From: a virus
Lineage: Duplodnaviria > Caudoviricetes
DNA length: 24,597 nucleotides
Virus record (IMG/VR): IMGVR_UViG_3300045580_000408
Location: 1-24,597 of that record
Direction: 5' to 3' (one strand)
Below, piece by piece: positions 1 through 6,665 of this stretch. How positions within the stretch are numbered: the stretch's first letter is position 1; every line of letters begins with the position of its first letter. A model generated the notes under the pieces. That model was given only the letters and a program-made list of their open reading frames with translations. It made no database searches and was not told where the DNA came from. Both the position numbers and the translations under genes were made by a program.

Positions 1-527
1 CGCTGATGTCCAACATGGAAGATGAAGAGCGTCATGATCAGGCTCTGAATTATGTTGCTGCCGCCCATGGCGTTGATGAGAAGGCAGAGCGTGACGTGGT
101 GAACATCCTCAAGGTATGGAACGAGCACCCTGCTCATCCCGTGCATAAGGCTGCCATCCTTGAGCGCTCGATCTTCTTTGTCGCGCTGCCTTTCTTCCGT
201 CAGAACGGAGATATCGGCATGCGCACCGTTAGCGCGGACATTAGCCGCGATGAGCGTGTTCACACTGCCATTCATGGAATGGTGGCTAAGGAACTGAATC
301 AAGAGGATTCTGCGAGCCTGAACAAGCTGCGTGCAGCCACTGCTGCATGGTTGTTTGAGCGTCTTGGCCGCAGCGAGAATCAATGGCTCGACAAGGACTT
401 TTGGATGCGTCAGTCCGAGAATCTGTTCTACACGGGCAAGGCGCCTGAGATGGTCGAAACGCGCCGCGCACGCCAGATCGCTTTCTTTGAGGCGGCCAAC
501 ACTGACCTTCCTAGCTACGGACGCTAA
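1..527 (+). CDS. nrdB: Class I ribonucleotide reductase beta subunit (ferritin-like di-metal), cyanophage sipho/podovirus type; 5'-truncated by the window edge
   Basis: Two D-E-x-x-H metal-binding motifs (DEERH, DERVH), central ERSIFFVALPFFR and RTVSADISRDE segments typical of the short cyanophage RNR beta; frame is open back to the window start. Confidence 0.8.
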   Translation, partial: LMSNMEDEERHDQALNYVAAAHGVDEKAERDVVNILKVWNEHPAHPVHKAAILERSIFFVALPFFRQNGDIGMRTVSADISRDERVHTAIHGMVAKELNQEDSASLNKLRAATAAWLFERLGRSENQWLDKDFWMRQSENLFYTGKAPEMVETRRARQIAFFEAANTDLPSYGR

Positions 528-530
528 GAT
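525..530 (+). promoter_or_regulatory. Putative -10 element TAAGAT for the structured RNA
   Basis: TAnnnT hexamer overlapping the nrdB stop; predicted start near 536 coincides with the 5' base of the first hairpin. Confidence 0.35.
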
Positions 531-534
531 TACT

Positions 535-802
535 AGCGATAGAGGCCAAGCCTCTGAAGCGATTAGCGCAAGTTAAACGCTTCACGCTTGGTCTATCACT
601 CCCGCTCTGCATGGTCTGGAAATTTCCGGGCGCCGCATCGGGCTGAACGCTCCTCAGGCTTAGCTCTCAGACGGAGACCATTTTGCTGGCGCCAGCAATA
701 TGGTCTCTAGAGATGATGCCCAAACAGAGGAGCCACTCGGGAGGCTAAGACAGCGCTGGGCAAATAGCCCAGAAGAGCCAGGTGCAATTCCTGGCTTTCC
801 CA
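535..802 (+). ncRNA. Unassigned structured RNA: three long hairpins plus a D-arm-less tRNA-like 3' module
   Basis: Stems seen directly: GATAG/CTATC, CCAAGC/GCTTGG and TGAAGCG/CGCTTCA with GCAA tetraloop (535-600); CCCG/CGGG and GTCTGGA/TCCGGGC (601-642); GCTCCTC/GAGGAGC enclosing GAGACCA/TGGTCTC and palindrome TTGCTGGCGCCAGCAA (649-733); GGGAGG...CTGGG/CCCAG...CCAGG-TGCAATT-CCTGG...TTTCCCA (739-802). G-U pairs favour the + strand. Confidence 0.6.
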
Positions 803-818
803 TTGTTTCTTTCCCATC

Positions 819-1370
819 GTGAGTCTCTTCATCACGTCAGACACCCACTTCGGACATTCAAAGATGCTGTCTTTCGTGCATACTGACGGCACCCCTGTGC
901 GTCCGTTTTCCTCCGTGGAGGAAATGCATGAGACGATGGTAGAGCGGTGGAACAAAACCGTCAATCCTGGCGATACTGTTTATCACTTAGGAGACGTGGC
1001 CATCCCGCGTAGCGGCTTGCGAGTGTTGGAGCGTCTCAATGGAAGAAAGATATTGATTCGCGGCAATCATGACATCTTCAAGATGGCGGACTATGCGAAG
1101 TATTTCTATGACATTCGTGGGTGTCATTATCGCGATGGGATGGTGTTCAGCCACATTCCCCTCCATCGTGATTGTTTCATCTCAGAGCGCTACTGGGGCA
1201 ATGTGCATGGCCATCTCCATCGTCACACTGTGATGTATCAAGGAATGCCCGACCCGTTCTATTTCAACGCCTGTGTTGAAGTGAATGGATTCGCGCCGGT
1301 AGCATATGAATGTATAAAGGCGCACTTCGCGAATGTCAGAGCGTCGGACGTTCAACACGCCGCTGCGTGA
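819..1370 (+). CDS. Calcineurin-like metallophosphoesterase
   Basis: DTHFGH, HLGDV, GNHD, SH and HGHLH motifs; GTG start. Confidence 0.9.
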   Translation: MSLFITSDTHFGHSKMLSFVHTDGTPVRPFSSVEEMHETMVERWNKTVNPGDTVYHLGDVAIPRSGLRVLERLNGRKILIRGNHDIFKMADYAKYFYDIRGCHYRDGMVFSHIPLHRDCFISERYWGNVHGHLHRHTVMYQGMPDPFYFNACVEVNGFAPVAYECIKAHFANVRASDVQHAAA

Positions 1371-1578
1371 GCCCCTCAATCCCATCATCCATCGCCTTCT
1401 ACAGGCAGTGGATTGGCACAACTCTCAGTATTTCAAAGACTCCAATCCCTGGCATTTGCAAAAGGCGGATACCATTAGGCAATACGTGAGAGAGCTAAAA
1501 GCTTGGGTGTATGAGCAAGAGAAAAACGGCGTGGAGGCTTTGGGCGCTTGCCCTGGGGGAGAAAGCGGGGAAGCATGA
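1333..1578 (+). CDS. Conserved cyanophage hypothetical protein
   Basis: 81 aa; NTPLREP..PII..LL.AVD.HN...WH...A..IR.YV.ELK.W pattern resembles small cyanophage proteins; overlaps its neighbours in operon fashion. Confidence 0.65.
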   Translation: MSERRTFNTPLREPLNPIIHRLLQAVDWHNSQYFKDSNPWHLQKADTIRQYVRELKAWVYEQEKNGVEALGACPGGESGEA

Positions 1579-1729
1579 AAAAGAGGCAGATATTATTGCT
1601 TTTGTGCGAACTGTAATATTATTTTCATACATGGTCACCAATGTGTTTATTGTGGCTGGCGTGATCAGGCACTGGGAAAAAGAAAGGCCCGCCGAAGCGG
1701 GCCATTGCTTTAGAACCAATGAGGCTTAG
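1511..1729 (+). CDS. Small cyanophage membrane-associated hypothetical protein
   Basis: WRLWALALGEKA...EAD.IA.VRT...TN.FIVAGVIRHW motif with one hydrophobic segment, recognised from cyanophage genomes. Confidence 0.7.
   Translation: MSKRKTAWRLWALALGEKAGKHEKEADIIAFVRTVILFSYMVTNVFIVAGVIRHWEKERPAEAGHCFRTNEA
1677..1703 (-). terminator. Rho-independent terminator of the riboswitch-peptide transcript (possibly bidirectional)
   Basis: Minus strand GGCCCGC-TTCG-GCGGGCC followed by TTTCTTTTT, just after the peptide stop codon. Confidence 0.85.
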
Positions 1730-1829
1730 GCACGTAGGCGACGCCTCGGTAAACGAGGCTGGCCATCTGCGCTTCGCGTAGGCGAGCGGCCTTCTCAAGC
1801 TGCTGCTTGATGAGAGCGAGAGGGTTCAT
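1710..1829 (-). CDS. DUF4278-type small protein (39 aa), missed by the ORF track
   Basis: Translates as MNPLALIKQQLEKAARLREAQMASLVYRGVAYVPKPHWF; LxYRGVxY signature; GGAGA SD at 1837-1841; flanked by riboswitch and terminator. Confidence 0.85.
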   Translation of the reverse strand: MNPLALIKQQLEKAARLREAQMASLVYRGVAYVPKPHWF

Positions 1830-1846
1830 GGGAAGTTCTCCATGAT

Positions 1847-1896
1847 GCTGGCCCCGTTCCGTGCCAGCGCGTCATGCGCCCCTTGCGGGGTGAACG
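1847..1896 (-). ncRNA. Glutamine-II riboswitch (Downstream-peptide RNA motif)
   Basis: Minus strand CGTTCA-CCCC-GCAA-GGGG-CGCATGACGC-GCTGGC-ACGGAACG-GG-GCCAGC: P1 CGTTC/GAACG, GNRA-capped P2, pseudoknot GCTGGC/GCCAGC; directly upstream of a YRGVxY peptide. Confidence 0.85.
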
Positions 1897-1903
1897 TTCT
1901 TTC

Positions 1904-1909
1904 AGTGTA
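1904..1909 (-). promoter_or_regulatory. Putative -10 element TACACT for the riboswitch transcript
   Basis: TAnnnT hexamer 7 nt upstream of the riboswitch 5' end. Confidence 0.55.
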
Positions 1910-1913
1910 TCAA

Positions 1914-1986
1914 AGCCCCCGGACGGAATTGAACCATCCTCTCCGCTTTACAAGAGCGGTGCATCGCCACTGAATGCTTCAAGGGC
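1914..1986 (-). tRNA. tRNA-Thr(UGU), CCA not encoded
   Basis: Cloverleaf: acceptor GCCCTTG/CGGGGGC, D arm GCAT/ATGC, anticodon arm CCGCT-CTTGTAA-AGCGG, T arm GATGG-TTCAATT-CCGTC. Confidence 0.92.
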
Positions 1987-1987
1987 A

Positions 1988-2163
1988 GGGGCAGGAGCGG
2001 GGCGCATTAGCCCCATAACGTCCGTGCGGCGGACCTCCTGCTTGCTTCATCGTTGTCTGTGGACAACAGCAAAGGGGAGCTTCCACTCTCCCCATTGCAA
2101 CCGAGGATGCCTGATCATCCTCTAAACCACTCAGGCGTCCCCTCGTGGGCATCGCGAATGCCT
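1988..2163 (-). ncRNA. Unassigned multi-hairpin RNA immediately upstream of tRNA-Thr
   Basis: Five consecutive hairpins and a three-way junction (GCAGGAG/CTCCTGC closing GTCCG/CGGAC and GGGGC/GCCCC); -10 TATAGT at 2173-2168; no credible ORF. Confidence 0.55.
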
Positions 2164-2232
2164 AGGAACTATAGCGCTTTTTCAGGATTTCGTAATATTC
2201 GCTGGAAATGAAAATTTGCCAATACTTGGCAG

Positions 2233-2373
2233 CTATTGGCGCCATGACCAATACATGGTCCCACCTTGCTCGATCACCCATCGATGGTGGCGACGTGCTT
2301 CGCTAAGGGGCACGCAAACTTGGTGTTTGCGGCCCCAGAGGATGTATTGCATGCAGACAGTATCGCCGTTCAC
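2233..2373 (-). CDS. Hypothetical protein (about 46 aa)
   Basis: GTG start overlapping the TGA of the CP12-like gene (GTGA coupling); alternatively starts at the later ATG (MQYILWGRK...). Confidence 0.5.
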   Translation of the reverse strand: MNGDTVCMQYILWGRKHQVCVPLSEARRHHRWVIEQGGTMYWSWRQ

Positions 2374-2612
2374 ACGTCGTAAATGCGGCACTCTAGGGCG
2401 CTTGGGTTGAGGCTGCAGAAACTGCCCCAATGTGTTGCAACGTCGAAAGGGCGGCTCATCTCCTGCTGATAATCAGCCATGGCTTTTTCGTATGCTTTCA
2501 TGGCTTGATGAGCTTCTTCGCTGTCTGTACCATGAGTGTTGAATGCCATGGTGAAATCAAAAGAAGCATCTACCACCTTGGCGAATGCCTGATGGAGAAT
2601 TTCGTCGTCCAT
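2370..2612 (-). CDS. cp12: CP12-like Calvin cycle inhibitor (C-terminal Cys pair only)
   Basis: C-terminus FCSLNPSALECRIYDV matches the CP12 C-x8-C-R-x-Y-D motif; 80 aa, acidic, helical. Confidence 0.75.
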   Translation of the reverse strand: MDDEILHQAFAKVVDASFDFTMAFNTHGTDSEEAHQAMKAYEKAMADYQQEMSRPFDVATHWGSFCSLNPSALECRIYDV

Positions 2613-2646
2613 TGAATCATCCTGAACACTTTCAGGCTAAATCAGT

Positions 2647-2829
2647 TCAAGACGCCTGTTGAGGCTTTTGTTGTTTTTTCAAGATCTGATAAACCTTGCG
2701 CAAGCGCGGCAATAGATGAGGTTGATAAAAATGGTCCGCAGCTAAAAGTTGAAGAGCTGTTTGGCGATCACCTTCAAGGATGGCTAGCAAAAACTGCGCT
2801 TCTTGCAGATTAAGTTCCAGTGCTTCCAC
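2647..2829 (-). CDS. Hypothetical protein (about 60 aa)
   Basis: 3' part of the 126-aa track ORF that does not overlap terL; GTG start (VEALELNLQEAQFLL...). Confidence 0.55.
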   Translation of the reverse strand: MEALELNLQEAQFLLAILEGDRQTALQLLAADHFYQPHLLPRLRKVYQILKKQQKPQQAS

Positions 2830-2866
2830 TTCATGATGCAAATAAATTCTTGAACATACTAGAGGC

Positions 2867-4231
2867 TTACAAGAAGTTTTCCAGCCAACTGGCATCATCA
2901 TCTTTATTGGCAGCATGAATCGCCGCGGCCAAGGCAAAAGCATGGTCATCAATGCCTGTCTGTTTACCGCCAGTGACACTCCATTGTCCCCCTGCCTTAT
3001 ACACAACAGTGAGCCCTTTAATTTCACTAATAGCTTTTTCGTGATTGTAAATATTCACCTGTCCTGCATTAAATAATTCGCGCATCTTTGAGAATGCCTT
3101 TGTTTTAGAGGAGATGGTCCAAGTGAGTTCTTCGATGGGGTAGTCGCCAGTGAGGGCCTGGATTGTGCCGGCGCTATTGTATTGGTCCATCACAATCTTT
3201 TCAAAAATGTAAAGCTTGTGCTGCTCCTTAATCCAATCCTCAACGGCATTAATGTTAACTTCCTTTCTGCCGTTAATTTCAAAATCTGCTACGAACGTGT
3301 GGAACTTGTCTACAACTAATATTCCATTGTTAAAGTGAACAATACAGGCAGTGTAATTATCTCTTCCAATGCCGCCGCGAGCCGGGTCAAGCGATAGTAC
3401 GTAGGTGCCAATGAAGCGCTCCTCTGGCGGGAGCGCTTTGCGTTTGTCGTCAATACAGGCTTCCACGACGTCCGGGGAGATAAGAGCGGAAAGGTTGGCG
3501 GAGAACTGGGCGCCATATTCAACGTTGAACTTATCAGGATCGCGCTGACGCTCTAGTTCAAGGAAGTCGCGAGAGATGGTGGGGTTCATCTCCCATGTTG
3601 GGAGGTTGACTGCCTGCAGATGAGGGAACCTGCCAGAGGCTGCTTCTTTGAAGTGTTGGTAGAAGAGGCCGTCAGTTAGCCATGGAGACGAGAGCTCTAG
3701 GATTTTGCCATCGCTCCCAAACTGCGCAACAGCGGGAGATAGCGCTTGGTAGATGCCATTAGCCCCAGAGTTTGCGTCGCCGTCTACTGCGAACGCAAGC
3801 TCGTCGAACACGCAAGCGCAACAGGCAAGACCACGAGCGGCGCGGCCAGATGTGGGAATAGCCTTGAACACACACCCATTGCTCATCTCAATTTGATCTG
3901 CCGTTTCGCGAGAGATTTCCTGTGCGAACGGGCTGTCAAGAATGAGTTGGCGAATGTTATTAAGGGCGATGCGACTCTGGTCTTGACTGTTTGCGACAGT
4001 AAGTACGTACCACTTCTCCCCTTTCCTCACTTTTGCTTTGTACTTATCTTCAAGAACAAAGCAGATGTAGACACACGCAACGGCGGCCATGAGCGTTTTG
4101 CCACTGCGGCGGCCAAGCGCCCATGTCGCCTGTGAGAATCCCCCTTCAAAGAATGAATCGAGGATTTCCGCTTGCTTGGGATAGAGCGCTAGTCGAAGGG
4201 CGTGTTTGGCAAAGTCTGAGCATCTAAGCAT
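2867..4231 (-). CDS. terL: Terminase large subunit
   Basis: Q motif (LYPKQ), Walker A GRRSGKT, Walker B CVFDE, motif III LSSP, RNase H-like nuclease LSLDPA...MDQY...GIDD; start reassigned to ATG 4231 behind a GGAGGAG SD. Confidence 0.93.
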   Translation of the reverse strand: MLRCSDFAKHALRLALYPKQAEILDSFFEGGFSQATWALGRRSGKTLMAAVACVYICFVLEDKYKAKVRKGEKWYVLTVANSQDQSRIALNNIRQLILDSPFAQEISRETADQIEMSNGCVFKAIPTSGRAARGLACCACVFDELAFAVDGDANSGANGIYQALSPAVAQFGSDGKILELSSPWLTDGLFYQHFKEAASGRFPHLQAVNLPTWEMNPTISRDFLELERQRDPDKFNVEYGAQFSANLSALISPDVVEACIDDKRKALPPEERFIGTYVLSLDPARGGIGRDNYTACIVHFNNGILVVDKFHTFVADFEINGRKEVNINAVEDWIKEQHKLYIFEKIVMDQYNSAGTIQALTGDYPIEELTWTISSKTKAFSKMRELFNAGQVNIYNHEKAISEIKGLTVVYKAGGQWSVTGGKQTGIDDHAFALAAAIHAANKDDDASWLENFL

Positions 4232-4719
4232 TGCTTTAGCTCCTCCATGGAGCGAAGATTTTCTTTGGGAACGAAATAACATGGCCTCCCAGGCACATGT
4301 TCTTTCCTCCATTGTGGTTGTTTGGCTTGATGGGCATGTAGCCAACCATGGAGCCGAATTTCTTGGTTTTGTATCGTAACCAATACCAAGACCTTGTCTT
4401 CACTTTCATCAAGAAGGCAAATTAGATCATAGTAGTGGCGAGAACGTGTTTTCACATCAATGTTGAAGGGGAGGTCAGCGCTGCCCCTATTTGCTTCCGA
4501 TTCTTGAAATACGAAATCTTTGAGGCTGAGGAAACTTGCTACTGCCATTTCACCACCGGCACCTAAAAGGTGAATGCGGAGGGCATCTTCACCGGCTGCT
4601 GGGCCGTTATTTCGGCCCAGCTTCCCCTGCGCAAGATTGATCCTCTGGCGGCGTTCACCCTCTGCAATAGCAAGCGCTTTTTCTGATGGAGACAATTGCC
4701 ACACAATGTGTTGGGGCAT
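4189..4719 (-). CDS. PD-(D/E)XK-like nuclease-fold protein
   Basis: GAGGEMAV...SAD....IDVKT pattern; overlaps the terL start by 43 nt; start taken as ATG 4719. Confidence 0.6.
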   Translation of the reverse strand: MPQHIVWQLSPSEKALAIAEGERRQRINLAQGKLGRNNGPAAGEDALRIHLLGAGGEMAVASFLSLKDFVFQESEANRGSADLPFNIDVKTRSRHYYDLICLLDESEDKVLVLVTIQNQEIRLHGWLHAHQAKQPQWRKEHVPGRPCYFVPKENLRSMEELKQCLDAQTLPNTPFD

Positions 4720-4744
4720 GTTGGGGAATGTTTCAGTACACGAC

Positions 4745-4764
4745 AATGTACCCAGTTCTAGAAT
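4745..4764. promoter_or_regulatory. Back-to-back -10 elements (TACATT on -, TAGAAT on +) between the packaging and head operons
   Basis: Both hexamers lie in the 71-nt gap between the divergent starts 4719 and 4791. Confidence 0.4.
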
Positions 4765-4790
4765 GGTTGCAACATCAGGATTTCTTATGC

Positions 4791-6665
4791 ATGGCTGACG
4801 TTACACAAGGTGGGGATATGGTGTCGCTCGGTCATGCAGGCCCTGGTGGTGTGCGTGCCGATGGATTGCAAAACGTGTTCACTGGCATGGGTACGAGCCG
4901 TGACAAGACCACTCGCACGACGATCAAGCCAGTGTCATTCATGGGACACGAAGACCTTGAAGGCCTTTATGCCCATTGGCTGATGCGACGTGTCGTGGAC
5001 CTCGTGGCAGACGAAAGCACTCGCGAGGGTTTTGAGATTTTGTTTGGCGGAGAGGGCGTGAATGCTGAAACGCTATCTGGTGTTGAGCAGGCCATTGAGG
5101 ATCTGGAGATTCTGTCTTCTTTCAATGAAGCGGCCAAAACTTCCCGCCTATATGGCGGTAGCGCATTACTGCTCTACATAGATGATGGGCGTCCAGCAGA
5201 TATGCCGGTGGACAAAAACAATATTCGTGCTGTAGAAGGCATGGACTGTTTGGATCGCCATCAAATTGCGCCGATTATCAGCGAGGAAAGTCTGTACGAC
5301 TATTCCAAGGCAACTTATTACCAAATCATTTCTGGCGACCTTATTCAACAGCCCAATCTTCGTGCCATTCATAAGGACAGGATTTTGCGTTTTGACGGCA
5401 TTTGGCTGCCTTACCGCACACGTCAGAAGAACTATGGATGGGGGATGAGCATCCTGCAAAGCGTGTACGACAGTTTCAAACACTATTACAGTGGCACTTC
5501 CTCCATGGCCACTCTTCTCACTGAATTTGACATCTTTGTCCATAAGGTGCGTGGCTTGGCTTCCATGCTGGCTGCTGGCAAGGAAGGACAAGTGAGGGAC
5601 CGTTTGCAGCTAAATGACATGAGCAAAAGCATCTATCGCGGCTACGCGATTGATGCGGAGAAGGAAGAATTGGCATTTGTTAGTCGACAATTTGGTGGCG
5701 TGAGTGAAATTCTGGAGAAGCTACGTATTGATGTGATTGCTGCTGCTGGCATCCCTCATACATTGCTCTTTGGTCAGTCGCCTTCCGGGCTGGGGGCAAC
5801 GGGCCGTAGTGAAGAACGTGATTTCGCCAAGACGTGTCACCACTACCAAGAAACTCATTTCCGCAAGCCTCTGACGAAGCTGATGGAATACATCATGCTG
5901 AGCAAGACTGGCCCCACTGGAGGGAAGGTACCGGATAACTGGCGCGTGAGCTTTAAGCCTCTGTTCGAGATGAATGAGCGCGAACTAGCTGACGTGCGTG
6001 CGCGTGTGGCCGCCGTGGATGCTCGCTACATCCAAGTGGGAGTTCTCACGCCTCAAGAAGTGGCAGATTCGCGATTCGGGAAGAGCGAATACAGTATTGA
6101 GACCACCATTGATCCATCGATCAAGCGGGAAATACCTCAGAAAGCAGCGGCAGGGCAAGTGCCTCCTGGTGGCCGTGACCCCATGGATCAACAGAACGGC
6201 ACACTGCCTATGGATGGCACTCGCGAGGCATCGGAGGGCGCCGAAGCGGAAAAGATGGACGAAGCGGGGCTGTATATGTCACGCGATTTAGAACATCTGC
6301 GTGATGATGTTGAATTTAAAGACAAGGAGCTTCACCAGCGAGCGATTGCGGCGGCAAAGGCCAAGTTCAAGACTTGGCCGAGTGCAGTAGCTGGTGCTTA
6401 TGTGACACGGAAGTATAAAGAGCTATACAAGCAAAAACATGGGAGCATGAGTGGGGCGTTTAAGGGCAAAAAAGAAACCGCTGAATATTTCAAGAAAGAT
6501 GCCATTGAGCCGCTTAAGGCAGAGGGGCTCATCCTTGGCGATGTGGACGAGGCTTCATTGGTGACTCAGGCAGACATTGATGCCGCATTGAACCAATGGA
6601 AGCAAGAGGCACCCGAACGTTTCAAGGACATCTTGGAGGCTGGCAATGTTGAGCCCACTGAGTGA
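4791..6665 (+). CDS. Portal protein (DUF1073-type) with C-terminal extension
   Basis: DGLQNVFTGMG, RRVVDLVADESTREGF, RLYGGS, IHKDRILRF, WGMSIL, GIPHTLLFGQSPSGLGATG motifs; first gene of the head module; start reassigned from 4686 to ATG 4791. Confidence 0.9.
   Translation: MADVTQGGDMVSLGHAGPGGVRADGLQNVFTGMGTSRDKTTRTTIKPVSFMGHEDLEGLYAHWLMRRVVDLVADESTREGFEILFGGEGVNAETLSGVEQAIEDLEILSSFNEAAKTSRLYGGSALLLYIDDGRPADMPVDKNNIRAVEGMDCLDRHQIAPIISEESLYDYSKATYYQIISGDLIQQPNLRAIHKDRILRFDGIWLPYRTRQKNYGWGMSILQSVYDSFKHYYSGTSSMATLLTEFDIFVHKVRGLASMLAAGKEGQVRDRLQLNDMSKSIYRGYAIDAEKEELAFVSRQFGGVSEILEKLRIDVIAAAGIPHTLLFGQSPSGLGATGRSEERDFAKTCHHYQETHFRKPLTKLMEYIMLSKTGPTGGKVPDNWRVSFKPLFEMNERELADVRARVAAVDARYIQVGVLTPQEVADSRFGKSEYSIETTIDPSIKREIPQKAAAGQVPPGGRDPMDQQNGTLPMDGTREASEGAEAEKMDEAGLYMSRDLEHLRDDVEFKDKELHQRAIAAAKAKFKTWPSAVAGAYVTRKYKELYKQKHGSMSGAFKGKKETAEYFKKDAIEPLKAEGLILGDVDEASLVTQADIDAALNQWKQEAPERFKDILEAGNVEPTE

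Noticed and set aside
739-802. Possible cobalamin riboswitch or tmRNA
   Set aside because: Only a T-loop hairpin (GGTGCAATTCC) matches; no GGGAA / GCAACTGT / B12-box arrangement, and no tmRNA tag ORF or canonical termini were seen.
1874-2125. 83-aa + strand ORF
   Set aside because: Antisense to the tRNA, riboswitch and structured RNA; no coding features.
535-2173. CRISPR mini-array or repeated-unit array in the structured intergenic regions
   Set aside because: The hairpins differ in sequence; no repeated unit with spacers was found anywhere in the window.
1897-2200. NtcA box near the nitrogen-responsive unit
   Set aside because: No GTA-N8-TAC match seen by eye.
4232-4790. Longer N-termini for terL (4345) and portal (4686) given by the ORF track
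   Set aside because: They overlap the nuclease ORF and the divergent promoter region; better starts at 4231 (strong SD) and 4791.
4791-6665. Anti-CBASS Acb1-like (2H phosphoesterase) function for the DUF1073 protein
   Set aside because: No paired HxT/S motifs in the C-terminal extension; motifs and position indicate a portal.
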